Origin: Cyanobacteria bacterium J06626_4
GTDB lineage: Bacteria; Cyanobacteriota; Cyanobacteriia; Phormidesmidales; Phormidesmidaceae
Assembly (NCBI GenBank): GCA_038523235.1
Contig: JBCBJQ010000021.1
Location: 8,249-72,248 of the forward strand
Direction of reading: 5' to 3'
Length of the DNA stretch: 64,000 bases
The stretch's first letter is position 1, and each line of letters begins with the position of its first letter. Of this stretch, positions 51,507 to 61,002 are shown in pieces. Below the pieces are notes generated by a model. The model was not told the origin of the DNA. It worked only from the letters and a program-made list of their open reading frames with translations, and ran no database searches. The translations under genes and the position numbers were made by a program.

Positions 51507-52047
51507 GCAGCATCAGCAGACATCTCATCGCTTTGTCCGCTGGGGCTCACTGGCGGCACTCCCGCTTTCACGCCGATTTTAACGGCAGGCTGGCGATCGC
51601 TTAGGCCGCTTCATTCCCGATGGCGATCGCTCCGGCATGGCAGGCTCATACCCCCAACGGCAACACTGCCGACAAATCTTTCGCGTTATGGCCATCAGTT
51701 GGCCTGCCGTGCTGCGGAACCAGCCTCAAACTGATGGCGTTGCAGCGATCGCGGGAATGCCGTTCAATAGCCAGTTTCAGGGTTCCAAGATGACGCGCCC
51801 GCCGGCAATCGAAAACTGTGAAGAAAAGTTTAAAACCGTTAGCGCGATCGCTCCGTAATTTCACCAGAGCCAGCAATTAAAGGTTGGATATTCTCCAGCC
51901 TGTCAGGGTCTCTGAAGGGCTTATGCCTTTCAGAACATTGGCACTTGCGGTTTGTTTTTTCAAAATACTTTCCCTCTTTGAGCGTCTGCCTGAACTCTCG
52001 GGCGGCGACTCCTGCATGCGAATTTTTTGTAAATAGGTAAGGACATC

Positions 52048-53400
52048 ATGGCTGACATCAATACTGTGACTGACTTAGCGGTGGAAACGGGTACGACGAG
52101 CGTCTTCCTCGATTTGGCCCTGTTGGAAGCGGCAGCGGGCCTGGTTTTAGACAGCGTGGACAGCGCCGCAACGCCCTTTTCTGACAACTTTCAGGTGGGC
52201 TTTGCCATCAATGACGAAACTGATTTCACTTACACCGCGATGCCCTTTGCGCCGACCGGCGGCAGCATCGAGCACGATGGCACGATTACCTTAGACACCG
52301 TCGATAACCCCAATGCGGATATTACCGTCGGGGAGTTTTCCATTGGTTTTGACCCTAGCCGAGTCACGGATACGGCCAGCGGCTTCTTTGTCGCCGACAC
52401 GATTGAAGGCAACGGCCTCGACATTTTGTTCGACATCAGCGTGCCAGGGTTGGTGAACGCCACTGCTGCGGACTTGACCATTGCTGAAACTGATTTGTTG
52501 TTGTCTCCCGAATTTGCCAGCGCTTTGGGGCTACCGGAACTCGCTGGAGCTGATGTGGGCGATGCCCGAATTGATGCTTTTACCCAAGATTTGGCGGGAC
52601 AGGCAACTGTGGCGATCGCGGCTGGCGAAACCGTTGCCCTCAGCGGCTTTGGCGGCATCGGTCAGGGTGCCCGACCCGATCAAGCCACGATCGCAGAACT
52701 GGATACGCTGCAGTTTAGCGATGCGGGTCTGACCGCTGAGAACTTACAGCTGACTCAAGGGGGCGATGATTTGCAAATCACCTTTTTGGGCGATGCCACC
52801 GGCACCCAGGTCACGCTGCAAGACTTTGCGCTAGAAGATTTGGACAACCTAGAAGTTAGAACCGGGGGCAATATTTATCAGGGCAATATCTTATTTGCAG
52901 ACGAGTCGACCTTCACCGACAGTTTCGACGTCATCAATGCGGACTCGACCCAACGTCGCCTCTTTAACCGCAACACCATCACCTTCTTGAATGACTTGGA
53001 TAATGACGTGCGAGGCTTTCGACGCTCCGATGATGTGATCAACGCCCAGGGCGGTAATGATACGGTACGGGGCCTCAGTGGTGATGATCTGCTACGGGGT
53101 GGCAGTGGCGATGACACGTTGAGCGGCGGGCGCGGCAGCGATCGCCTGCGGGGCGGAGCTGGGTTCGATGTGCTCATGGGTGGCCGTGGTGATGACACCT
53201 TCGTCTTGGCCGCTGGTGAAGGCGATGACACCATTATGGACTTTGAGGTGGGGACTGATTTCATTGGCCTCGCCGATAATTTGACTGTGAGTGACCTCAC
53301 GTTCACTGGGGAGACGATTAGCCTTGGCGATGAAGTGCTCGCTACCTTAGTGGGTATCGACACCACGGCTTTAAGCGCTGACAGTTTTGTCACCGTGTAA
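52048..53400 (+). CDS. Acidic RTX/hemolysin-type Ca-binding repeat protein
   Basis: C-terminal GGxGxD nonapeptides (GGNDTVRGLSGDDLLRGGSGDDTLSGGRGSDRLRGGAGFD), GDDTIMDF; no Sec signal peptide. Confidence 0.85.
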   Translation: MADINTVTDLAVETGTTSVFLDLALLEAAAGLVLDSVDSAATPFSDNFQVGFAINDETDFTYTAMPFAPTGGSIEHDGTITLDTVDNPNADITVGEFSIGFDPSRVTDTASGFFVADTIEGNGLDILFDISVPGLVNATAADLTIAETDLLLSPEFASALGLPELAGADVGDARIDAFTQDLAGQATVAIAAGETVALSGFGGIGQGARPDQATIAELDTLQFSDAGLTAENLQLTQGGDDLQITFLGDATGTQVTLQDFALEDLDNLEVRTGGNIYQGNILFADESTFTDSFDVINADSTQRRLFNRNTITFLNDLDNDVRGFRRSDDVINAQGGNDTVRGLSGDDLLRGGSGDDTLSGGRGSDRLRGGAGFDVLMGGRGDDTFVLAAGEGDDTIMDFEVGTDFIGLADNLTVSDLTFTGETISLGDEVLATLVGIDTTALSADSFVTV

Positions 53401-53421
53401 GCAACTGTTGGATTACGCATG

Positions 53422-53445
53422 AGGGCAGTCTGAGCGGCTGCCCTC
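53422..53445. terminator. Hairpin between convergent RTX and GNAT genes
   Basis: GAGGGCAG-TCTGAGCGG-CTGCCCTC. Confidence 0.5.
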
Positions 53446-53529
53446 CCTCAGCGAAAAGCCCACCTCGTCCTACGGACACTGCTCTCTGGAAGGGGAAAAC
53501 ACAGTTCAGTGGCAAAACCTGAATTGACA

Positions 53530-54087
53530 TTAACGAGCAGCAATCCGTTTGGCCATAAAAATATCCGGCTTGCCCCAGCCATTGGCATCGGGAATCACCC
53601 CGACAACGGCAAACCCTACCTTTTGATAAAAGCTGAACGGATGCCCCTTCAAGTTTTGCACCTGAGCCAGATGCTCTAGCGGATTAGGGTACAGGTCAAC
53701 ATTCGCTAGAGAGGTTAATCCCATTTCATCATCGCTGCCTAAATACAGCGTGATGCCGCCCTGTTGACGCACTTGCGCTTCGAGGTCGGCTACCAGGGCA
53801 CGACCGATGCCCTGGCGCTGGTAAGCGGGTGACACCACCAGCGGATGCAGTTCCCAACTGTGGCCACTATACTGTTGAATCGCGCCAATCCAGCCTTGTG
53901 CCTGTCCGCTATCGTTGACCATGACGCGGCTGATCCGATCGGCAGTAAAAGACTCATGCACTTCTTCTAAGGCCGCTGCCCGATCAGGCCAGGCGTTGGG
54001 GGCACAGCCGCGAAAGCCTTCGACTAATAGCGCTGCCGTCTGGGTAATGAGGTCGGTGGCGCTGGGCAATAAATCGATGATGGGCAT
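53530..54087 (-). CDS. GNAT acetyltransferase resembling AAC(6')-Ia/Ii aminoglycoside acetyltransferases
   Basis: GWIGAIQQY, WELHPLVV, QRQGIG, GGITLYLGSDDE, TSL, HPFSFYQKVGF, VGVIPDANGWGKPDIFMAK. Confidence 0.8.
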   Translation of the reverse strand: MPIIDLLPSATDLITQTAALLVEGFRGCAPNAWPDRAAALEEVHESFTADRISRVMVNDSGQAQGWIGAIQQYSGHSWELHPLVVSPAYQRQGIGRALVADLEAQVRQQGGITLYLGSDDEMGLTSLANVDLYPNPLEHLAQVQNLKGHPFSFYQKVGFAVVGVIPDANGWGKPDIFMAKRIAAR

Positions 54088-54349
54088 GGGAAACGGATCA
54101 AAATTGTGTAGAGCGCATGGTTGCCCTGACCGCGATTGACAGCAGGCCTCAACCTAAATTCAGCGTGTGTCGGCAAGCAGTCCAATACCGTGAATCCATT
54201 AAAAACAATTCTGGCAAAGGTGTCGAAAGGACGATCGCCCTTAACGGGAATACAGATTTTCCATAGCAGAATGATCTTTCACCAACCCGACCGGATTCGG
54301 GAAGTATCACGGTGAGGATCACAAGAGAGTTGCTTCGCACACGGATCAC

Positions 54350-55603
54350 ATGAGCGCCAAATTACGCCGTCATAAACGCTGGTTGTGGGCCTTTTTGCTG
54401 GTGCTCTCAGCGGGATTCGTCACCGGTGTCTGGCAAGCGCCCGTAGTATATTCCCAAGCGATCGCCCCCGATGAAATTCGCGGTGTGTGGATGACCAATT
54501 ACGGCACGACCTTGATGTATCACAGCACCCGCTTGGACGAGGTCGTGGCCAATTTAGCCCAGCATCATCTCAATACCCTTTACCCCGCCGTGTGGAATCG
54601 GGGCTACACGCTGCACCCCAGTCAGGTAGCCAAACAGGCGGGCGGGCAGCGACGTGATCGCCTCACGTCGCTGCCCCTATTACCCTGGCTCGATCCCCTC
54701 AAGGCGGTGATTCACCAAGCCCATCGCCAACATTTGCGACTCATCCCCTGGTTTGAATATGGCCTGATGATGCCGGTCAACTCAGCGATCGCCCAACAGC
54801 ACCCCGACTGGCTCACCACCAACCAGGCCGGAGAAACGGTCAACGGTGGGTTGCCCACGACGCCGCGAGCCCCTGTCATCCGCTCGCTGTGGCACCTTCA
54901 GCAAGAGGCGACCGGAGCCAGCCAGGGCTGGTTAAATCCGTTTCATCCAGAGGTGCAGCAGCTGTTGATCGACCTGATTGCCGAAGTGGTGCAGCGCTAT
55001 CCGGTCGAGGGCATTCAGCTGGATGATCACTTTGGGCTGCCGGTTGAGTTTGGCTACGATGCCTACACCCAAACCCTCTACCAGCAAGAACATGGCGGCC
55101 AAGCCCCACCCGCCGACCCGACCGATGCCGAATGGATGCGCTGGCGAGCCGCCAAAATCACTCACCTGATGGAACGCATTGTGGCGGCCGTCAAGGCGAT
55201 TCAGCCGGAGGCGGTCATATCGCTCTCACCCAACGCCCCGGCCTTTGCCTATAACCAGTATTTGCAAGACTGGCGTCACTGGGTCGATTTGGGCCTGCTT
55301 GATGAAGTGATCGTGCAGGTTTATCGTGACGACATTGCGGCGCTCCAAGCCGAACTGACGGCTGGCGGTTTCACCTCGGTGAATCAACAAATTCCCGTTG
55401 CGATTGGCCTGTACACCGGCCCCGCCCGCCGCCCCAAAGCCGCTGACCAGATTCGGCAAGAATCGGCAGCCGTCAAAGCCACAGGCTATCGGGGAATGGT
55501 TTATTTTTGTTGGGAAACCACGTTGTGGATTTTCAAACACGGTTCTGCCCAGCAAATGGAAACGTTATTCACTCAGCAGTGGCCATTGCCCCCAGAATTC
55601 TAA
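54350..55603 (+). CDS. Glycoside hydrolase-like family 10 (DUF187/GHL10) protein
   Basis: Signal peptide; EIRGVWMT, LNTLYPAVWNRGYT, IPWFEYG, WLNPFHPEVQ, GIQLDDHF, LQDW. Confidence 0.88.
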   Translation: MSAKLRRHKRWLWAFLLVLSAGFVTGVWQAPVVYSQAIAPDEIRGVWMTNYGTTLMYHSTRLDEVVANLAQHHLNTLYPAVWNRGYTLHPSQVAKQAGGQRRDRLTSLPLLPWLDPLKAVIHQAHRQHLRLIPWFEYGLMMPVNSAIAQQHPDWLTTNQAGETVNGGLPTTPRAPVIRSLWHLQQEATGASQGWLNPFHPEVQQLLIDLIAEVVQRYPVEGIQLDDHFGLPVEFGYDAYTQTLYQQEHGGQAPPADPTDAEWMRWRAAKITHLMERIVAAVKAIQPEAVISLSPNAPAFAYNQYLQDWRHWVDLGLLDEVIVQVYRDDIAALQAELTAGGFTSVNQQIPVAIGLYTGPARRPKAADQIRQESAAVKATGYRGMVYFCWETTLWIFKHGSAQQMETLFTQQWPLPPEF

Positions 55604-55742
55604 GGTGTCAGGCGATGCCCGGGACGTTGAACGATCTGAGTATTGCTGCCGAAATTTAGGGTTCATTTCAGACATTCCCGATTAGACTTGCATCAGCTGT
55701 CGCTCCCGACCCGAGCGACGCTGCCCTCACCCTGCTACCGCG

Positions 55743-56336
55743 ATGTTTCTCTCCGCCCAATCAAATTTGCCTAACGATCGCCCCTCCGAAAAAGCCGACC
55801 TACGCCGTCGTTTGATCAACGCCCGTCAGGCGATTCCGGCCCCGCTCTGGCGACAAAAAAGCGATCGCATCTGCAGCCATCTACAAAGCTGGCCCGGCTT
55901 TAGCAAAGCTCGCTGCGTCTTGGCCTACACCAGCTTTCGCAACGAGCCCGACCTCAGCCCCCTGATGAACTTTCGCCGGTTTTGGGGCTTGCCCCGCTGC
56001 ACCGGCAAAAATATGGACTGGCATCAGTGGCAGGGCGACAAATTTCTGCGGCCGGGCCGCTTTGGTATTGCTGAACCGGTGGCGAGCGCCCCCATCATTC
56101 ATCCCCACCAAGTGGATCTGATTCTGGTGCCCGCTGTCGCCTGCGATGTCAAAGGCTATCGTTTGGGCTATGGCGGTGGCTTTTATGACCGCATGCTGGT
56201 CAAACCACAGTGGCGTCAAAAAACCACCATTGCGATCGTGTTTGAATATGCCCGTTTACCCAAACTTCCCCATGATGTTTGGGATCGGCCAGTGCAAGGA
56301 ATTTGTACGGAGTCGGGGTTGTTTTTGAGAACTTAA
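55743..56336 (+). CDS. 5-formyltetrahydrofolate cyclo-ligase
   Basis: KADLRR, GRFGIAEP, DLILVPAVACD..GYRLGYGGGFYDR, LPHDVWD, ICTE. Confidence 0.93.
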   Translation: MFLSAQSNLPNDRPSEKADLRRRLINARQAIPAPLWRQKSDRICSHLQSWPGFSKARCVLAYTSFRNEPDLSPLMNFRRFWGLPRCTGKNMDWHQWQGDKFLRPGRFGIAEPVASAPIIHPHQVDLILVPAVACDVKGYRLGYGGGFYDRMLVKPQWRQKTTIAIVFEYARLPKLPHDVWDRPVQGICTESGLFLRT

Positions 56337-56475
56337 ACCCGGTGGTGTGGATCGTCCTACACCGGGAAAGCATTCCACTTTTGCGACCACATGGAGAAGC
56401 GCGAGAACTGATTCGCGATCGCCTCAAACTGAGCATCCCGCTGCTAGCATAACCGCAAGATATGACGCGGTGGTA

Positions 56476-56679
56476 GTGCCGCCCGAGGAGTGGCCGGAGG
56501 GCAGTCCGCTATTGAAGGGAATGCTGAACAGTTACACCACCGTTGGACTCTGCCACCAGAAGCTGACGCCTCGGTATCGAGCCTCTGTGCATCAAGCCCA
56601 AGCCACGAAGCCGGTCTACCATCTTCAGTCCCTCAAAGATGTGGAGCAGTTCTACCAATCAGTGAGGCTCAGTCAATGA
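56476..56679 (+). pseudogene. Possible 3' remnant of an adenylate-kinase/FlaR-like gene
   Basis: PPEEWPEGSPLLKGMLNSY..LCHQKLTPRYR..KPVYHLQSLKDVEQF resembles C-termini of FlaR/AAA_17-like kinases (recalled, not searched). No P-loop upstream. Its stop overlaps the next ATG (ATGA). Confidence 0.45.
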
Positions 56680-57326
56680 ACCTAGAGCTAGATCATGTGT
56701 TTATCTTGGTGAGGCCCGAGGCCCCGGAGGCCGATTTGTTGCTGGCCCACGGCTTAAAGGAAGGCACGGGCAATCGGCATCCAGGTCAGGGCACAGCCAA
56801 CCGGCGCTTTTATTTTGCCAACGGCATGCTGGAGTCTTTGTGGGTACATGATGCGGCAGAGGCCACGCATGGCCACGGACGAGAATTACACTTTGCCGAT
56901 CGCGCTCAATCCTCCACCGCGTCGCCGTTTGGGGTGATTTTGCTAAGCCCAGACCCCAACAATCTAGAGATGCCCTTCCCCGGCTGGACTTATCAACCCG
57001 ACTATTTTGCGCCGCCCAACGCCTTTCATGTGGGAGCCAACTCTAGTGATTTGGCCCAACCGCTCTGCTTCTGTGCGCCCTTCATCAAGCCGCGAGCCGC
57101 CAGATCTAAATCTGCAGACACGAACGCTCAAGCCATGACTCAGGTGCGTATTCATACACCCGCCCGCGATCGCTCAGGGGTTCTCAAAGTCGTTAATCAA
57201 GTGGACCGACTTGTCGTTGAGTCGGGGCACGAGCATCTGCTAGAAATCACGCTGGATGGCAATCAATCAGACAAGACTCAAGACTTTCGACCTGACCTAC
57301 CGCTCATAATTCACGGATTGTCGTAA
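56676..57326 (+). CDS. VOC/glyoxalase-like (Glyoxalase_3) protein
   Basis: LELDHVFILV, HPGQGTANRRFYFANGMLE, SPFGV, DFRPDLPL. Confidence 0.8.
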   Translation: MNLELDHVFILVRPEAPEADLLLAHGLKEGTGNRHPGQGTANRRFYFANGMLESLWVHDAAEATHGHGRELHFADRAQSSTASPFGVILLSPDPNNLEMPFPGWTYQPDYFAPPNAFHVGANSSDLAQPLCFCAPFIKPRAARSKSADTNAQAMTQVRIHTPARDRSGVLKVVNQVDRLVVESGHEHLLEITLDGNQSDKTQDFRPDLPLIIHGLS

Positions 57327-57377
57327 CGGCTGGGCATTGAGTATATTTTTAGCCGTTGCCACGTTAGCGAGGGTGAT

Positions 57378-57767
57378 ATGACCTTCAGCCGAATTTTGAC
57401 CAATCTCTGCTCTGACAATCTCGCCGAGAGTCGGGATTTTTATGTCTCACTGCTGGGATTTGAGGTGAACTATGACAGCGATTGGTATGTGCAGCTGCGG
57501 TGTCCCGCCAATGCCGAACTCGAATTTGGCATCATTGCCCGCCATCACGAACTCGTGCCGCCCCAGTTTCAAACCGCGCCCACCGGCATGTACGTCACCT
57601 TTGTTGTCCCCGATGTTGATGCAGTCTTTGCCAAAGCCCAGTCGCTGGGATTGGAGATTCTTCAAGCCCCTCGTAACGAGTTCTATGGCCAGCGGCGCTT
57701 TTTGACGACTGACCCCAACGGCTGCCTGCTAGATATCTGCTCTCCCTGGTCGGAGGCCGAAAAGTAA
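57378..57767 (+). CDS. VOC family (glyoxalase/bleomycin resistance) protein
   Basis: SRDFYVSLLGF..DSDWYVQL, TFVVPDVD, PRNEFYGQRRFLTTDPNGCLLDI. Confidence 0.88.
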   Translation: MTFSRILTNLCSDNLAESRDFYVSLLGFEVNYDSDWYVQLRCPANAELEFGIIARHHELVPPQFQTAPTGMYVTFVVPDVDAVFAKAQSLGLEILQAPRNEFYGQRRFLTTDPNGCLLDICSPWSEAEK

Positions 57768-57791
57768 AGGGACGTTCCTTTTTGACCTTAT

Positions 57792-58460
57792 TTAAGTTTG
57801 GTCACGCCACTCTTCCAAGCCATTGAGCAGCAATCCGAGGGCAAACTCAAAATCATGGAGCCCGTTATAACGCCCCTCAATGATGTGATGGGTGAGCTGA
57901 TTGAGGTAAGGGTATTGCTCAGGGGGAATCATCGCTACATAGTCCTTCGCTACGGTTGAATATTCCGCCGCCTCAAAGGGAAAGTTCAACGCCTGCAGGG
58001 TAAAGCCATAGATGTGGCTGTCGATCGCATTCCACACGTGATCCGCCTGCTCAAAGGAAAAGCCCGCTTCGACCAAACAGCCCAGGGTGGCCTCCACATA
58101 GCGCAAGGTGGCTGGCCCCACATTCACCCGTGACACAATCGCCAACGTCGCCCAAGGATGACGCAACAGCACGGTATGCGCCGAGAGCGCCCGTTGCCGC
58201 ATGGCAGTTTTCCAATCTTTCTCCCGGCGGGGTAGCGCAATCTCACCCACCACCAAATCGACCAAACCATCCAAAATATCTTCTTTATTGGCCACGTGGT
58301 TATACAACGACATCGCCTTGACCCCCAACTTCTGGGCTAGCTGCCGCATCGACAGGGCTTCGAGACCCGCTTCATCCGCCAGCTGTAGCGCCGTTTGCAA
58401 GATTCGTTCCCGACTCAGCGGCACCTGAGGAATGGGTTCTGAAGGCGGGGTCTGAGCCAT
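57792..58460 (-). CDS. TetR family transcriptional regulator (TetR_C-type C-terminal domain)
   Basis: LSRERILQTALQLADEAGLEALSMRQLAQKLGVKAMSLYNHVANK, RHPW, FEFALGLLLNGL. Confidence 0.93.
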   Translation of the reverse strand: MAQTPPSEPIPQVPLSRERILQTALQLADEAGLEALSMRQLAQKLGVKAMSLYNHVANKEDILDGLVDLVVGEIALPRREKDWKTAMRQRALSAHTVLLRHPWATLAIVSRVNVGPATLRYVEATLGCLVEAGFSFEQADHVWNAIDSHIYGFTLQALNFPFEAAEYSTVAKDYVAMIPPEQYPYLNQLTHHIIEGRYNGLHDFEFALGLLLNGLEEWRDQT

Positions 58461-58527
58461 CTCAATCTTTCTTCATCAGTGGACAAGGCTGAAGTCAAGG
58501 GTTTGCGTGATCGCGCCGCTCTTTATC

Positions 58528-58568
58528 TTGACAAACTTACGCCGTAAGTTTAACTTACACTGTAAGTT
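58528..58568 (+). promoter_or_regulatory. Sigma70-type promoter overlapped by two tandem palindromic TetR operators
   Basis: TTGACA (58528)-N17-TAACTT (58551); palindromes AAACTTAC-GCC-GTAAGTTT (58533-58551) and AACTTAC-ACT-GTAAGTT (58552-58568). Confidence 0.75.
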
Positions 58569-58626
58569 GAGGTGATAAAAGGTTTGACTGTTTTTCTATT
58601 AACCTTGTCGCCATTGGAGAAGTGTT

Positions 58627-59646
58627 ATGCAAACGATGAGTCCTCACTCTGCAGCGCCAGCGGTTGCCACAATGAACGCGATCGTTCAAACCGCATACGG
58701 CTCACCCGATGTGTTGCAGCTTAAGGACATTGAGCGCCCCGTGCCGCAAGCCCATGAAGTGTTGATCAGGGTTCAGGCCTCCTCGGTTCATGCTGGGGTT
58801 TGGCATCTGATGCGAGGGACGCCGTTCTTGATTCGTCTCGTCTTTGGGGGGCTGCGTCAGCCAAAGATTCAGATTCTCGGTAATGACGTGGCTGGGCGGA
58901 TCGAAGCTGTGGGCCAGGATGTGACTGAATTTCAGCCAGGGGATGAGGTATTTGGCGATCTTTCTGAATGCGGGTTCGGGGCCTTTGCCGAATACGTTTG
59001 TGCGCCCGCCACGGCGCTGGTCGCAAAGCCGAAGTCTCTGACCTTTGCTGAAGCGGCCACTGTGCCCACCTCAGCCCTCGCCGCCCTGCAAGCCCTGCGC
59101 GATGTCGGCCAGCTGCAGTCGGGACAACAGGTGTTGGTTAATGGGGCCGCCGGAGGTGTCGGCTCCTTTGCGATTCAGTTAGCGAAGGCGCTGGGCGCTG
59201 AGGTGACGGGGGTTTGCCGCACCGACAAAGTGGCGATGGTGCGATCGCTCGGGGCCAATCAGGTGATTGACTACACCCAAACCGACATTACCCAGACGGG
59301 ACAGCAGTATGATCTGATGATTGATGCTGCCGCCTACCGCTCCGTATTCGACTGGCTGCCGACGTTGACACCCCAGGGCACCTATGTGCTGGTCGGTGGT
59401 GCGACGCCGCGATTTTTTCAAGCGATGCTGCTCGGGCCGATGATTACCCAGATCACCCGCAAACAGGTGAAGTGTCTGACTGCAGCAGTCCAGCAGGATG
59501 ATTTGAGGGTTCTCAAGGACCTGATTGAAACGGGCAAGATTGTCCCCTATGTCGATCGCACTTACTCTCTGGCGGAAGTTCCGGCGGCGATTCGTCACCT
59601 TGAGGAGCGACAAGTGCAGGGCAAAGTGGCTATTCAGATCGGCTAG
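58627..59646 (+). CDS. NAD(P)-dependent MDR oxidoreductase (zinc-independent, quinone-reductase-like)
   Basis: YGSPDVLQL, GNDVAGRIEAVG, GAFAEYV, VLVNGAAGGVGSFAIQLAK, VIDY, GKVAI. Confidence 0.9.
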   Translation: MQTMSPHSAAPAVATMNAIVQTAYGSPDVLQLKDIERPVPQAHEVLIRVQASSVHAGVWHLMRGTPFLIRLVFGGLRQPKIQILGNDVAGRIEAVGQDVTEFQPGDEVFGDLSECGFGAFAEYVCAPATALVAKPKSLTFAEAATVPTSALAALQALRDVGQLQSGQQVLVNGAAGGVGSFAIQLAKALGAEVTGVCRTDKVAMVRSLGANQVIDYTQTDITQTGQQYDLMIDAAAYRSVFDWLPTLTPQGTYVLVGGATPRFFQAMLLGPMITQITRKQVKCLTAAVQQDDLRVLKDLIETGKIVPYVDRTYSLAEVPAAIRHLEERQVQGKVAIQIG

Positions 59647-59728
59647 TCGGCTTTCCAGCTTGAATAGAACTGAGTTTGAGGTTGTATGCCCCGGCCAACT
59701 TTAGTCATGGGGCAGCAAAAATAACAGC

Positions 59729-60247
59729 GTGAGCATTGCCATATCATCCGTTTGTACTGAGGACGAAGCACAGTTTCTCGCAGCTGTTACCCGCAGCCGC
59801 AGCTTGTTTAAGGACTGGGTAGCGCCCCCATCCACGCCTGCGCGATTTGCTGAGCATCTCACCAAGTACTCGGCAGACAACAATTTCAGTTATTTAGCCA
59901 GAATCGGGGACGGCTCGCTCATTGGCTGCATCAACGTTAACGAGATTGTGCGTGGAGCCTTTCAGTCGGCTTTCCTCGGCTACTATGCGTTTTTGCCCCA
60001 CAGCGGTAAGGGGCTAATGAAGCCAGCACTCGCTTCGGTCATGACGCTCGCTTTCGGCACCCTCGCACTGCATCGGTTAGAAGCCAACATTCAGCCGAGC
60101 AACATTGCGTCGATTGCTTTAGTCAAATCGCTCGGCTTTAGGCTGGAAGGCTATTCTCCCCGCTATCTAAACATCGCTGGCGCATGGCGAGATCATGAGC
60201 GCTATGCTATTACAGCCGAAGAATGGTTGGCGTGGTTTCAATGCTGA
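59729..60247 (+). CDS. GNAT N-acetyltransferase, RimJ/RimL type
   Basis: NEIVRGAFQSAFLGYY, GKGLM, LHRLEANIQPSNIASIALVKSLGFRLEG, WRDHERYA. Confidence 0.9.
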   Translation: MSIAISSVCTEDEAQFLAAVTRSRSLFKDWVAPPSTPARFAEHLTKYSADNNFSYLARIGDGSLIGCINVNEIVRGAFQSAFLGYYAFLPHSGKGLMKPALASVMTLAFGTLALHRLEANIQPSNIASIALVKSLGFRLEGYSPRYLNIAGAWRDHERYAITAEEWLAWFQC

Positions 60248-60918
60248 TGAAACGCTTGCAGGCCTATGTGGCCAAACAGTTAGGGCATCCCACTGGTGGC
60301 GTCGGACGGCTGCTGCTGCGATTCCTCAATCGCGGGAATGCCACGATGAATCAACTAGCATTGGCGATGCTGGCGGTGCAGCCGCAACAGCATATTTTGG
60401 AAATCGGCTTTGGCGGTGGCGACTTGATGCAGCGACTGCGGCAAACGGAGCGATCGCTGCACATCACGGGGATTGATCCCGCACCAGCCTCTCTTGCGGT
60501 CGCGCAAAACCGCTTTAAATCGGCGATCGCCAGCGGTCAGCTCAGCTTGTATGCCGCTGCTGCCGAAGCAATCCCCTTGCCTGATCAAACCGTTGATGCG
60601 ATCGTCACCGTCAACACGGTGTATTTTTGGTCGGCGGTTGAGACTGTTTTGGCAGAATGTCATCGCTGTCTAAAGCCAGACGGAAAGCTCGCGATCGCCT
60701 ACGCCGCCAAAGCCTTTCTCGAAGCACAGGGCCTCACACAATACGGGTTCCAAGCCTACGAAGTTGCTGAGATGGAAACGGCTCTGCGGACTGCTGGCTT
60801 TCGAGAAATCCAGACCCGATCGGATGAGAGCGCGAGTAACGGGCAATTTTTCTGCACCTGTGGCATTGCCGCCCTCGCCACAAATCGCGACGACTTCTCC
60901 TCACAAGTACCAGGGTAA
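60241..60918 (+). CDS. Class I SAM-dependent methyltransferase
   Basis: AKQLGHPTG, ILEIGFGGG, GID, VNTVYFW, LKPDGKL. Confidence 0.85.
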   Translation: MLMKRLQAYVAKQLGHPTGGVGRLLLRFLNRGNATMNQLALAMLAVQPQQHILEIGFGGGDLMQRLRQTERSLHITGIDPAPASLAVAQNRFKSAIASGQLSLYAAAAEAIPLPDQTVDAIVTVNTVYFWSAVETVLAECHRCLKPDGKLAIAYAAKAFLEAQGLTQYGFQAYEVAEMETALRTAGFREIQTRSDESASNGQFFCTCGIAALATNRDDFSSQVPG

Positions 60919-61002
60919 AATTGTGGGCAAGATTCATCGACTGTCGGCGTCACACGAGAGGCTGTTTGCCACTTCTCCCAACCGGTTAGCGAAGGAACCC
61001 TC

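Noticed and set aside
55604..55742. 6S RNA upstream of the 5-formyl-THF cyclo-ligase gene (ssrS-ygfA arrangement)
   Set aside because: The gap is only ~140 bp and shows no long closing stem with a central bubble.
57320..57370. attC-like site between the VOC genes (TAAC...GTTAGC with an internal hairpin)
   Set aside because: Too short, the core sites do not fit RYYYAAC/GTTRRRY, it is not repeated after neighbouring genes, and there is no integrase.
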